Below are positions 21,174-29,369 of a stretch of DNA of 46,341 nt, piece by piece; the stretch's first letter is position 1; each line of letters starts with the position of its first letter. The stretch covers positions 1 to 46,341 of the forward strand of contig JBNKTL010000040.1 in NCBI GenBank assembly GCA_050298055.1, given 5' to 3'. Below the pieces are notes generated by a model. That model had not been told where the DNA came from and searched no databases. It saw nothing but the letters and a program-made list of their open reading frames with translations. Both the position numbers and the translations under genes were made by a program. Origin of the DNA: Spirochaetota bacterium. Lineage in GTDB: Bacteria; Spirochaetota; UBA4802; UBA5550.

Positions 21174-21315
21174 ATAACTACTCAGCTCTATGGCTAATAA
21201 TAACTGTTTTTATCTAAAATTTCAACAATATGTCCCCGCCGCCTTGGGCGGCGGGGACATATAAGTTATGCTTTATTATAAATAAGATTATTCTTATACA
21301 TAACTGAGTAATTAT
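21174..21315. mobile_element. MITE-like element, copy A
   Basis: TIR ATAACTACTCAG...CTGAGTAATTAT; central hairpin ATATGTCCCCGCCGCC-TTG-GGCGGCGGGGACATAT (21228-21262). Confidence 0.85.
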
Positions 21316-21413
21316 CATAATTATCGTTAAAATGCAATAGTTATGTTAATAAAATCTTATTTATTCATCAGATGATTATTTACTGATTTATAAATGTTGT
21401 CGATATAAATAAT

Positions 21414-21902
21414 ATGAAATTCATGAATAATTATCTCATCCCTTTAATCCTGCTGGTCTCTCTTCCCCTGGCAGCGCAGAATAACAATAAAGGTCTGAAC
21501 CTTGACCGGGTTGCCGACGATCTCAAGTACAGGAACGGCTACAGGTTTGTTGAACTGGGAAGATACAATAAGGCGCTTGAGGAGCTTAATGAATACCTGG
21601 AAATCTTTCTCTCGGGGACCCACAGGGACGAAGCCTATGACAATATCGCCCGGATATACTTTACCAGGCTTGACTACCAGAAGGCGGCCGGGATTTACAG
21701 GCGGCTTTTTGAGGAATTCAGCAATAGTGACAGCGGTATCGAAGGCTACTATAATATGGGCGTATGCTATCAGAAGATGGGATATAACAGTAAAGCTGCT
21801 GAGGTTTTCCGGGACATCGTCATGAATTACCCTGAATCCACAATGACCGGTAAAGCCAAAATCCAGGTTGATCTTCTTAAGATCCTGGAATCAGAAAATT
21901 AG
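21414..21902 (+). CDS. Exported TPR protein (CpoB/BamD-like repeats)
   Basis: Signal peptide; three TPRs; YPES motif. Confidence 0.8.
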   Translation: MKFMNNYLIPLILLVSLPLAAQNNNKGLNLDRVADDLKYRNGYRFVELGRYNKALEELNEYLEIFLSGTHRDEAYDNIARIYFTRLDYQKAAGIYRRLFEEFSNSDSGIEGYYNMGVCYQKMGYNSKAAEVFRDIVMNYPESTMTGKAKIQVDLLKILESEN

Positions 21903-21947
21903 TTGACCAAAAACACCCTTCCAATAAGTATGCCACTTTATTTTATG

Positions 21948-22089
21948 ATAATGACTTGGCACTATGGTTAAAAATTATTCATATTCAGTGAAATATTATT
22001 AAAATTTTCCCAATGCCTTTGGCAAAGGGGGGATATCACTCATATTTTTTCATTAACTGATAAAATTTCTCTTATAACCGGAAACTCAT
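21948..22089. mobile_element. MITE-like element, copy B (strongly decayed), upstream of fusA
   Basis: Colinear with consensus: ATAATGACTTGGCACTATGG...TTCCC-AATGCC-TTT-GGCAAA-GGGG...ATATCAC...TTCATTAAC; same length. Confidence 0.6.
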
Positions 22090-22116
22090 TAACACTATTT
22101 TGGAGATAAATACGAA

Positions 22117-24198
22117 ATGCCACTACAAAAGGTAAGAAACATCGGGATTGCCGCTCATATTGATGCCGGTAAGACCACAGTTACAGAGAGGATGCTCTAT
22201 TTCACCGGAATTACCCGGAAGCTTGGTGAGGTACATGACGGGCAGGCAACAATGGACTTCATGAAACAGGAACAGGAGAGGGGCATTACAATTGCTTCTG
22301 CCGCTATTTCATGTGAGTGGGAAGGACACCAGGTAAATATCATTGATACACCGGGACACGTTGATTTTACCGTTGAAGTAGAAAGATCCCTCAGGGTCAT
22401 AGACGGGATGGTGGCGCTTTTTTGCGCTGTCGCAGGTGTTGAGCCCCAGAGTGAAACTGTATGGAACCAGGCAGACAGGTACAAGGTGCCCAGGATTGCC
22501 TTTATAAATAAAATGGACAGAATTGGAGCTGATTTTGATGAAGCGGTTGGGCAGATGGACAAGTATCTCGATGCCAATCCTGTTCCTTTTCATGTCCCCA
22601 TCGGGAACGAGGATAATTTTACAGGCAGCATTGATGTTATCGATCAGAAGGCGTATGTTTTCACGGAGTTCGAACGAGAGGTCCTCGATATTCCCGAAGA
22701 ATACAGGGAGAAAGCTGCTGAAGCAAGAAACCTGCTTATTGAGAAGCTCGCGGATTTTGATGAAGAGATCATGGAACTTTTTCTTGAAGAGAAGGAGGTC
22801 CCTGCGGACATTCTTAAAAGGGCGGCAAGGGATGCTACCCTGCATATGCATATTACGCCCGTTTTTTGCGGATCGGCATACAAGAACAAGGGAGTAAGGC
22901 TTCTCCTGGACGCTGTCATCGATTACCTCCCGTCACCGGCTGATGTGGGCGCCATGGTGGGTATCGATATTGATGATCCGGAGAAGTCTCATAAAAGGGC
23001 CCCGTCAACACACGAGCCCTTTGCCGCCCTTGCTTTCAAACTTATCAACGACCCCTATGTGGGACAACAGACCTTCATCAGGGTCTATTCCGGTGAATTG
23101 AAGAGCGGAATGCAGGTCCTGAACTCAACAAAAGGAAAAAATGAAAGGATAGGACGTATCCTCCGGATCCATGCCAAGGAGAGGGAAGAGGTGGATGTGG
23201 CGGGCCCCGGAGACATTGTGGCCCTTATCGGAATGAAGTTCACCAAGACAGGGGACACGCTCTGTGACAGGGAGCACCCTCTTTTTCTGGAATCGATTTA
23301 TATTCCTCCTGCGGTCATTGAACTCAAGGTCACTCCTCCCACAAGAAAAGAGCAGGAAAAGATGGGTATCGCCCTCAACAAGCTTGCCAACGAAGACCCG
23401 TCATTCCAGACACGGTTTGATGACGAGACCAACGAGACAATTATTGCCGGGATGGGTGAACTCCACCTGGAGATCATTATCGACAGGCTCAAGCATGAAT
23501 TCAATGTTGAAGTTGAAGTGGGTGAACCGGCAGTTGCTTACAGGGAAACAATTACCCTTGAGGCTGACTGCGAGCACAAGTTCTCCAAGCAGACGGGAGG
23601 CAAGGGCCAGTTTGCCCATACTGTCATGAGGATAGAGCCCAACGAAGGGAAGGGTTTTGAGTTTGTTGACAAGATCAAGGGCGGGAACATCCCCACGGAA
23701 TTTATTCCCTCTGTACAAAAAGGAATTGAAGCCACAATGGATGGGGGTATCCTCACCGATTTCCCTGTTGTTGATGTTAAGGTTGTCCTCCTTGACGGAT
23801 CATTTCACGCGGTTGACTCCTCTGACATGGCTTTCCGAACATGCGCGTCGATCTGTTTCAAGGAAGGTTTTATGAAGGCAAAACCGGTACTCCTTGAGCC
23901 GATGATGAAGATCGAGGTGAATACACCGGATGATTATATCGGAGACGTTGTGGGTGACCTCAACAAGAGAAGAGGAAAAGTTGAATCCATGAGAAGGTAC
24001 AGGAAGGGAGCACAGAAGCTCAACGGGTTTGTGCCGCTTATGGAGATGTTCGGATACGCCACACAGCTCAGGTCGCTTTCAAGCGGAAGGGCCAACTATT
24101 CAATGGAGTTTTACCAGTATGTACCTCTTTCACAGTCAATACAGGAAGAGGTCCTCAGAAAATACAGGGAAGCAAAGGAAGCCAAGGCAAAGAAATAG
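22117..24198 (+). CDS. fusA: Elongation factor G (stand-alone copy outside the str operon)
   Basis: [49 protein letters not shown]. Confidence 0.95.
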   Translation: MPLQKVRNIGIAAHIDAGKTTVTERMLYFTGITRKLGEVHDGQATMDFMKQEQERGITIASAAISCEWEGHQVNIIDTPGHVDFTVEVERSLRVIDGMVALFCAVAGVEPQSETVWNQADRYKVPRIAFINKMDRIGADFDEAVGQMDKYLDANPVPFHVPIGNEDNFTGSIDVIDQKAYVFTEFEREVLDIPEEYREKAAEARNLLIEKLADFDEEIMELFLEEKEVPADILKRAARDATLHMHITPVFCGSAYKNKGVRLLLDAVIDYLPSPADVGAMVGIDIDDPEKSHKRAPSTHEPFAALAFKLINDPYVGQQTFIRVYSGELKSGMQVLNSTKGKNERIGRILRIHAKEREEVDVAGPGDIVALIGMKFTKTGDTLCDREHPLFLESIYIPPAVIELKVTPPTRKEQEKMGIALNKLANEDPSFQTRFDDETNETIIAGMGELHLEIIIDRLKHEFNVEVEVGEPAVAYRETITLEADCEHKFSKQTGGKGQFAHTVMRIEPNEGKGFEFVDKIKGGNIPTEFIPSVQKGIEATMDGGILTDFPVVDVKVVLLDGSFHAVDSSDMAFRTCASICFKEGFMKAKPVLLEPMMKIEVNTPDDYIGDVVGDLNKRRGKVESMRRYRKGAQKLNGFVPLMEMFGYATQLRSLSSGRANYSMEFYQYVPLSQSIQEEVLRKYREAKEAKAKK

Positions 24199-24206
24199 AT
24201 AAAGAG

Positions 24207-24239
24207 AAAAAAGGCGGGGTTTTAAACCCCGCCTTTTTT
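24207..24239. terminator. Bidirectional intrinsic terminator
   Basis: AAAAAAGGCGGGGTTT-T-AAACCCCGCCTTTTTT between convergent genes. Confidence 0.9.
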
Positions 24240-24245
24240 ATATGC

Positions 24246-24719
24246 TCATTCGGTTTCAAGGATCCTGTCCAGTTTCTTTATCCACTCCTTTTTTCCCTTT
24301 TTTTCATTTTTATAGAATTCAAGGAACTTGTGGATGCGGTTGCATGCTTCGGTTGAAATATCGTGCTCAAGTTTGCAGGCCACGCTTTCCGCTTCATGAC
24401 TATTAAGCTTGAGGATCTCGCTGAAAAAATCGGTGAGGCAGTAATGTCTGTGGCAGATCTTGTCCGCTGTCTGCTTGCCCTTTCGGGTAAGTTCTATGTA
24501 TCCATATTTCTCATAGTCGATCAGTCCCAGCTCCTTGAGTTTATTCAATGCAGCGGTAACACTTGGCATTTTAATCTCAAGCCGTGATGCGATATCCTTT
24601 ACACGAACAATTTTGTTTTCATCAGCAAGCATTGATATTGTTTCAATATAGTCTTCCATGTTTGAAGAAAGCTGTGTGCTCATGTATCTTTCGTTCAGAT
24701 CAGATTTTTTCGTGGCCAT
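24246..24719 (-). CDS. DtxR/MntR-family metal-dependent transcriptional regulator
   Basis: MEDYIETI, VRVKDIA, PSVT, IELT..G, RH..L..F, ACKLEH. Confidence 0.9.
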   Translation of the reverse strand: MATKKSDLNERYMSTQLSSNMEDYIETISMLADENKIVRVKDIASRLEIKMPSVTAALNKLKELGLIDYEKYGYIELTRKGKQTADKICHRHYCLTDFFSEILKLNSHEAESVACKLEHDISTEACNRIHKFLEFYKNEKKGKKEWIKKLDRILETE

Positions 24720-24746
24720 TGGCTGTTCCCTGTTGATAGATTGCAT

Positions 24747-24856
24747 GTTATTGCTCAGTTATATCTGATTAAAATATCACCGGGATGTCTCCGCCGCCGA
24801 AGGCGGCGGAGACATCCCGGATTTGTGCTTGTTCTTTTAAACAGCTGAATAATTAC
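24747..24856. mobile_element. MITE-like element, copy C (shortened arms)
   Basis: 19-bp perfect stem CCGGGATGTCTCCGCCGCC-GAA-GGCGGCGGAGACATCCCGG (24780-24820); flanks GATTGCAT/GATTACAC. Confidence 0.8.
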
Positions 24857-24866
24857 GATTACACTA

Positions 24867-24895
24867 ATAAAATTAGTTTCTTCTAATAATGTCAA
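24867..24895 (-). promoter_or_regulatory. Promoter of the MntR-like gene with a candidate operator
   Basis: TTGACA-N17-TTTTAT on the minus strand; palindrome ATTAG-N6-CTAAT (24872-24887) overlapping the spacer. Confidence 0.5.
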
Positions 24896-24987
24896 ATAAA
24901 TAACAGGGAATACCGGAAAAAAAATTGACTAATGTATTTCTTTCAGTATAAATAAAAAGATTAACTGCAGAATTATGAATAATAATG

Positions 24988-25089
24988 GTAACTACTCAGC
25001 TCTATGATTAAAAATATGTATATTAACTAAAAACATCAGTTATATCTTTTTATCAATATGCCAATTTTTATACATAGCCGGGCAGTTAC
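24988..25089. mobile_element. MITE-like element, copy D (central hairpin deleted)
   Basis: GTAACTACTCAGCTCTATG...TATACATAGCCGGGCAGTTAC; flanks TAATAATG/TCATAACG. Confidence 0.8.
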
Positions 25090-25201
25090 TCATAACGATG
25101 CAATGAAAAATGAGACGGGTCATTCTTGCTGCAAAATTTAGTTGTTCAAAAAAAAGGTAGATCTATTGCCGGGTAAAAAATCGATTTTCTGAGAGGAGCC
25201 T

Positions 25202-26818
25202 ATGAGATCCAGGATACTTGTTTTCTTTTTGTTGGTATTTACAGCTGTTACACTTTTTGGAAAAGAACCGGAAAAGCAAGATAAAAAAATCCTTATTCTT
25301 CCCTTTGATAATTATTCCGGTTCCGGGTTAAAATATCTCTCAACCTATGTCCCGGAATTGATTAAAAAGTCCATTAAAGATCTGGAGGGTGTCAGAATTC
25401 TGGACGCGGAAGAATCAAAAACCCTCCTGGCTGAGAAAAACCTGAAAATCGAAATATCGTATGACAAAAAGACCGGACAAAAGGTCCTCTCGGGGACCGG
25501 CGCCTTTTCGGTTATCATGGGCCGCTATATCGTCCAGGGAAAATTTCTCAGAATGGATTACATGGCGCTTACAGCTCCCGGGGCAGCGGCCCTTGAGGGC
25601 GAAACGGAAGATATTCTCATGGATGATCTCTTTCTGTCGGCGCTTTCACGCTTCTCACATGTCATGGATACCTGGATAAAGACATATATCTTAAAGGAAG
25701 ATTATTTCAAGATATATGAAAAGGATGAGAATATATTCATCAGGTTACTCAACAGGGTAAGAAACTCTCAGATGGGCATCATTGTAAAGAACAGGTGGAT
25801 TTTTTCCGTCCTTATCCTCCTCTTCTTCTATTTCCTCTCAAAGATCGTTGCGCTCTTCTTTGAAAAGGTGTTGAAAAGGATCACGCGGAAGACAGCAATA
25901 TCCATGGATGAAGAGATCGTGGATATATCCATGAAACCCACAAAGTGGATCGTTCTCTTTTTTGGTCTGAAGATGGCAATCTTCTCCCTGAAACTTTCAC
26001 CGGCAATAAACCTTCAGTTTTCAAATATCACAACAGCGGTTATCATTATTCTGGTAACTTATATCGTTTCAAATGTCGTGGTCATTGTCATAAGATCCTG
26101 GGGGCACAAGGTCGCGTCGAAGCTGGATTCCCGCATTGATGATGATCTTGTTCCTCTCTTCGTAAAGGTCTCGCGGGTCATTGTTCTCTCCATAGGTATT
26201 ATCATGGTACTCTCCCGGTTTAACGTGGATATCGCGCCGCTTATCGCGTCCCTGGGGATCGCGGGTTTTGCCATAGGATTCGCGGTCAAGGACAGCCTGG
26301 CAAATATCATCGGGGGCATAGTCCTTATCCTTGATCAGTCATTCGCTGTTGGAGATAAAGTAACCATTGATGGAGATACCGGTGTCATAAAAGAGGTCGG
26401 CCTCAGGAACACAAAGATACAGACGTATGATAATGAGATAATCGTCATCCCAAACGGCGACCTGATGAACAAAAAATTCAAAAATTCGGTCCTTCCCGAT
26501 CCCATGATAAGGGTTGTAGTTGAGTTTACCGTTTCCTACGGGTCGGATGTTGACAAGGTTGAAAGAGTTGTGATCGATGCCTTGAAAACGATCCCGGATA
26601 TTGCCGAAGACCCGGCCCCGGCGGTTGTTTTCTACCAAATGGGTGATTTTGCCCTAAACTTTCAGGCCAAGTTCTGGGTCCCCGACTATGTGAACCAGTA
26701 TGGAAAGTGGATTGAAGCAACAAAGCTGGTTTATCAAACCCTGCAGAGAGAGGGGATCAGTATTCCTTTTCCTACACAGACAGTCTACCTGGAAAAGGGG
26801 GAGGGACAGCCCGGTTAG
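25202..26818 (+). CDS. mscS: MscS-family mechanosensitive channel with extra N-terminal exported domain
   Basis: ASLGIAGFAIGFAVKDSLAN, FAVGDKV, GLRNT, IPNG, GISIPFP. Confidence 0.9.
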   Translation: MRSRILVFFLLVFTAVTLFGKEPEKQDKKILILPFDNYSGSGLKYLSTYVPELIKKSIKDLEGVRILDAEESKTLLAEKNLKIEISYDKKTGQKVLSGTGAFSVIMGRYIVQGKFLRMDYMALTAPGAAALEGETEDILMDDLFLSALSRFSHVMDTWIKTYILKEDYFKIYEKDENIFIRLLNRVRNSQMGIIVKNRWIFSVLILLFFYFLSKIVALFFEKVLKRITRKTAISMDEEIVDISMKPTKWIVLFFGLKMAIFSLKLSPAINLQFSNITTAVIIILVTYIVSNVVVIVIRSWGHKVASKLDSRIDDDLVPLFVKVSRVIVLSIGIIMVLSRFNVDIAPLIASLGIAGFAIGFAVKDSLANIIGGIVLILDQSFAVGDKVTIDGDTGVIKEVGLRNTKIQTYDNEIIVIPNGDLMNKKFKNSVLPDPMIRVVVEFTVSYGSDVDKVERVVIDALKTIPDIAEDPAPAVVFYQMGDFALNFQAKFWVPDYVNQYGKWIEATKLVYQTLQREGISIPFPTQTVYLEKGEGQPG

Positions 26819-27675
26819 TTCCCGAGCCTGAAGTAGTTCTTCTCAATATACCGGAGGTCTTTTTTTACTCTGACGATAAGGGGGGACCTTTTAAAGACAG
26901 GGTCTCCCGAGTCGGCTTTTTTCAGGAACTTCCGGTAAATAGTCCTTACCATTTCCGGGTCTTTCAGGAGGGGGTCCTTTTCATAGATTTTACCCAGGAG
27001 ATAGTACGCATCATCGGCTGTTTCCCTGCTGCCGTAAAATTTCACAAGTTTAATTGCGGATTCAAGTGCCTGGTCCCCTTTCCTGTTCCTGAGGAATATT
27101 TTCCCCGAATAGAGGATTGCATTGTCTGCCAGCTGGTGGTCAGGGAAACGGGATGAAACCCTGTGAAAAAACTCAATAGCTTTGATCTCATTACCCTTCA
27201 CCATATGGCAGTACCCGGTATTATAGAGGGCCATGGGGTACTCCCCCGAATCACTCTTTATTTCCGAAAGCTCCTTTATGGCATTATCGTACCTGTATTT
27301 CTTAATAGAGATCCGGGAGAGCCATATCCGTGAGCTGTCAAGATAGGGACTTCGGGGATAATCTCTGGCCAGTTCCCTGAACTTATCTCCCGCGTGGTCA
27401 AGAAGATTGCTGTTATAGAGTTGTATCCCTGTCTTAAGTAGGATCTCATCGGGGGATGACATCCCGGCCGGCTTTTTATCCGCAGCCTCTTTTTCCTCCT
27501 CAACGGGTTCCTTCCCGGTCTTTTCAGCCGGGGCCGGAACTTTTACCGGGGCTTTTTCTGTTTCTTCCCGGTTTTTCAGCAGGGTGTTGATGATCTCTTC
27601 GGTTTTATTGAAATCCTTTGAGTAGAGAGGCACAACAAGGAACAGCACTGATAGTACAGATAGAATCTTTATCAT
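26815..27675 (-). CDS. Exported TPR protein
   Basis: Signal peptide; YPRSPY, FPDHQLADNA, ADDAYYLLG repeats. Confidence 0.8.
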   Translation of the reverse strand: MIKILSVLSVLFLVVPLYSKDFNKTEEIINTLLKNREETEKAPVKVPAPAEKTGKEPVEEEKEAADKKPAGMSSPDEILLKTGIQLYNSNLLDHAGDKFRELARDYPRSPYLDSSRIWLSRISIKKYRYDNAIKELSEIKSDSGEYPMALYNTGYCHMVKGNEIKAIEFFHRVSSRFPDHQLADNAILYSGKIFLRNRKGDQALESAIKLVKFYGSRETADDAYYLLGKIYEKDPLLKDPEMVRTIYRKFLKKADSGDPVFKRSPLIVRVKKDLRYIEKNYFRLGN

Positions 27676-28310
27676 TATTCAATTATCCCCTGGTCTTTAT
27701 TAATGGGAGAGGGTGTTCTCATATGATTTTCAGGACCCTTCATTTTCTCCTTTTTCTCTTCCCGGATACTTTTCACTGGAGTCTCTTTTTGCTTGATAAT
27801 TTCCGGTTCCTCGTGTTTGAGTTTTTTGTCAAGAGGAGAAACGCCAGGTTTTATTCTCCCTGTACTGTTGTAGTCACCTTCAACGATACTCCGTCCTTCA
27901 TAGGTTCCCGGTCCGCTCCGGTGTTTTATACTGCTTTCAGGTTCAATGATCCCCTCTTTCTTTTCAGGGACCATGTCGTTACGATTGGGAAATTCTATCT
28001 TTGCCCTGTCGCTGTATTTCATTTCGTTCAGCTGTTCTGATTCCAGCAGAGACCCGAACCTGGCTTCTTCTCTCTCCATCTTCCTGTCCAGCTGAAACAG
28101 GTCTCTGGTGTATTCCGCCAGGGGAGGGTTCTTGATCTGCGCGGCATCTCTGCCCGATGAGTAACCGATATAAACACCTATTGCGCAGAGTACAAAAATG
28201 ACCATAAAAAACATCTGCCGGATAAGGGTTACAGTCTTTGTATCAACACTGCCGATAAATCCGCTTACTGCGTTCAGAATAGGGGTGATTATTTTAGTAA
28301 CGGGATTCAT
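27675..28310 (-). CDS. Hypothetical single-TM protein
   Basis: One TM segment, charged C-terminus; operonic. Confidence 0.75.
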   Translation of the reverse strand: MNPVTKIITPILNAVSGFIGSVDTKTVTLIRQMFFMVIFVLCAIGVYIGYSSGRDAAQIKNPPLAEYTRDLFQLDRKMEREEARFGSLLESEQLNEMKYSDRAKIEFPNRNDMVPEKKEGIIEPESSIKHRSGPGTYEGRSIVEGDYNSTGRIKPGVSPLDKKLKHEEPEIIKQKETPVKSIREEKKEKMKGPENHMRTPSPINKDQGIIE

Positions 28311-28313
28311 ATT

Positions 28314-29153
28314 CTATTGCCTGTCTATTATAAAGATAACTCTGCAGTTCCTGAGGTTTTTCCTGGTTTCGGGACTGCTGAGAATTTTTCGAACGTCCCT
28401 GTTTGAGAGAACGGGGGACCCGTTCCTGCTTTTTATTGCCACAGCAAAGTAGGGTTTTTCCCCTGCCGCGCGGTCCTTCATGGCGGCATTATCGGTAAAG
28501 ACATATTTCACGGTTCCCCGCTTTGCAGCTTCCCCGATATTAATAAAATATCTTCCGAATATTTCAAGGCCTTCCTCGTTAAAAACGGAGGGAAGAAGCA
28601 TCGGTCTGATTCCAAGTTTTCGTGTGTCCACAACCAGGCTGCTGTATTCTGTGGGTATCGGGTTGTTGTGAATGACCGGCAGGGGGTCCTCGGGATAGGT
28701 GTAGGGAAGGGCGGCAAGGAGCATGCTCATCTTCATCTCGATTCGGCATCCCGAAGTAAAGAAGTCCACAGGGAACTGTTTGACTTTAACACCTTTATCA
28801 ATATACTCTGACAGCCTGGTTAGTGCCGACCGGTTATCCGTAAGCAGCTGCCCGAAGCTTGTTCTGTTGTCCACCTGGATATTCTTGATCAGTGAAATCA
28901 GGTTGATAATGGCGGTATCCTTTGCCCTTTCGTAACAGAATTTTCTCGCACTGTTCAGCGAGACAGGTCTGCCTTCATGGACATCAACAGGTTCGCCGCT
29001 GCTGTTGATTTTTACACGGGAGGATCCATATGAGATAATTGTTCCGCCTGTCCAGTCTATCCGATTCAGGTTCCCGGTAATACCGGAAGCAGTAAAAGGA
29101 AGGTATAAAATGAGCAGCAGAATAACTGATATTACTGATAGTCTTTTTTTCAT
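28314..29153 (-). CDS. Exported hypothetical protein (alternative TTG start at 29174)
   Basis: Signal peptide MKKRLS...ASG; IDW..G.I, YSSLVVD.R, RVIFIID. Confidence 0.75.
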   Translation of the reverse strand: MKKRLSVISVILLLILYLPFTASGITGNLNRIDWTGGTIISYGSSRVKINSSGEPVDVHEGRPVSLNSARKFCYERAKDTAIINLISLIKNIQVDNRTSFGQLLTDNRSALTRLSEYIDKGVKVKQFPVDFFTSGCRIEMKMSMLLAALPYTYPEDPLPVIHNNPIPTEYSSLVVDTRKLGIRPMLLPSVFNEEGLEIFGRYFINIGEAAKRGTVKYVFTDNAAMKDRAAGEKPYFAVAIKSRNGSPVLSNRDVRKILSSPETRKNLRNCRVIFIIDRQ

Positions 29154-29260
29154 AGGGGGTATAGCCTGTATCAAATATACTAATATATCGGTAATAATAA
29201 TATACTCATTTAGTATATATTGTCACCGGTTATTTTTAAATTATTGAGAAGAAGATTTCA

Positions 29261-29296
29261 CACAAAGCGCACGAAGCGCACGAAGCACACGAAGGA
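29261..29296 (+). repeat. Nonamer tandem repeat, four copies of CAC(G/A)AAGNN
   Basis: CACAAAGCG CACGAAGCG CACGAAGCA CACGAAGGA. Confidence 0.8.
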
Positions 29297-29323
29297 AGAG
29301 AAAAAGAATGTAAGAAAGGGGAT

Positions 29324-29365
29324 ATGGAGATAGATGAGATAAGCGGTTTAAAAATACTATCTTAA
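29324..29365 (+). pseudogene. Possible N-terminal remnant of a GxxExxY-family gene
   Basis: RBS AAAGGGG then MEIDEISGLKILS*, directly after the nonamer repeats. Confidence 0.4.
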
Positions 29366-29369
29366 AATG

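Noticed and set aside
21228..21262. Central GC hairpins as ordinary Rho-independent terminators
   Set aside because: No adjacent U-tract on either strand, and they lie upstream of genes inside a larger repeat.
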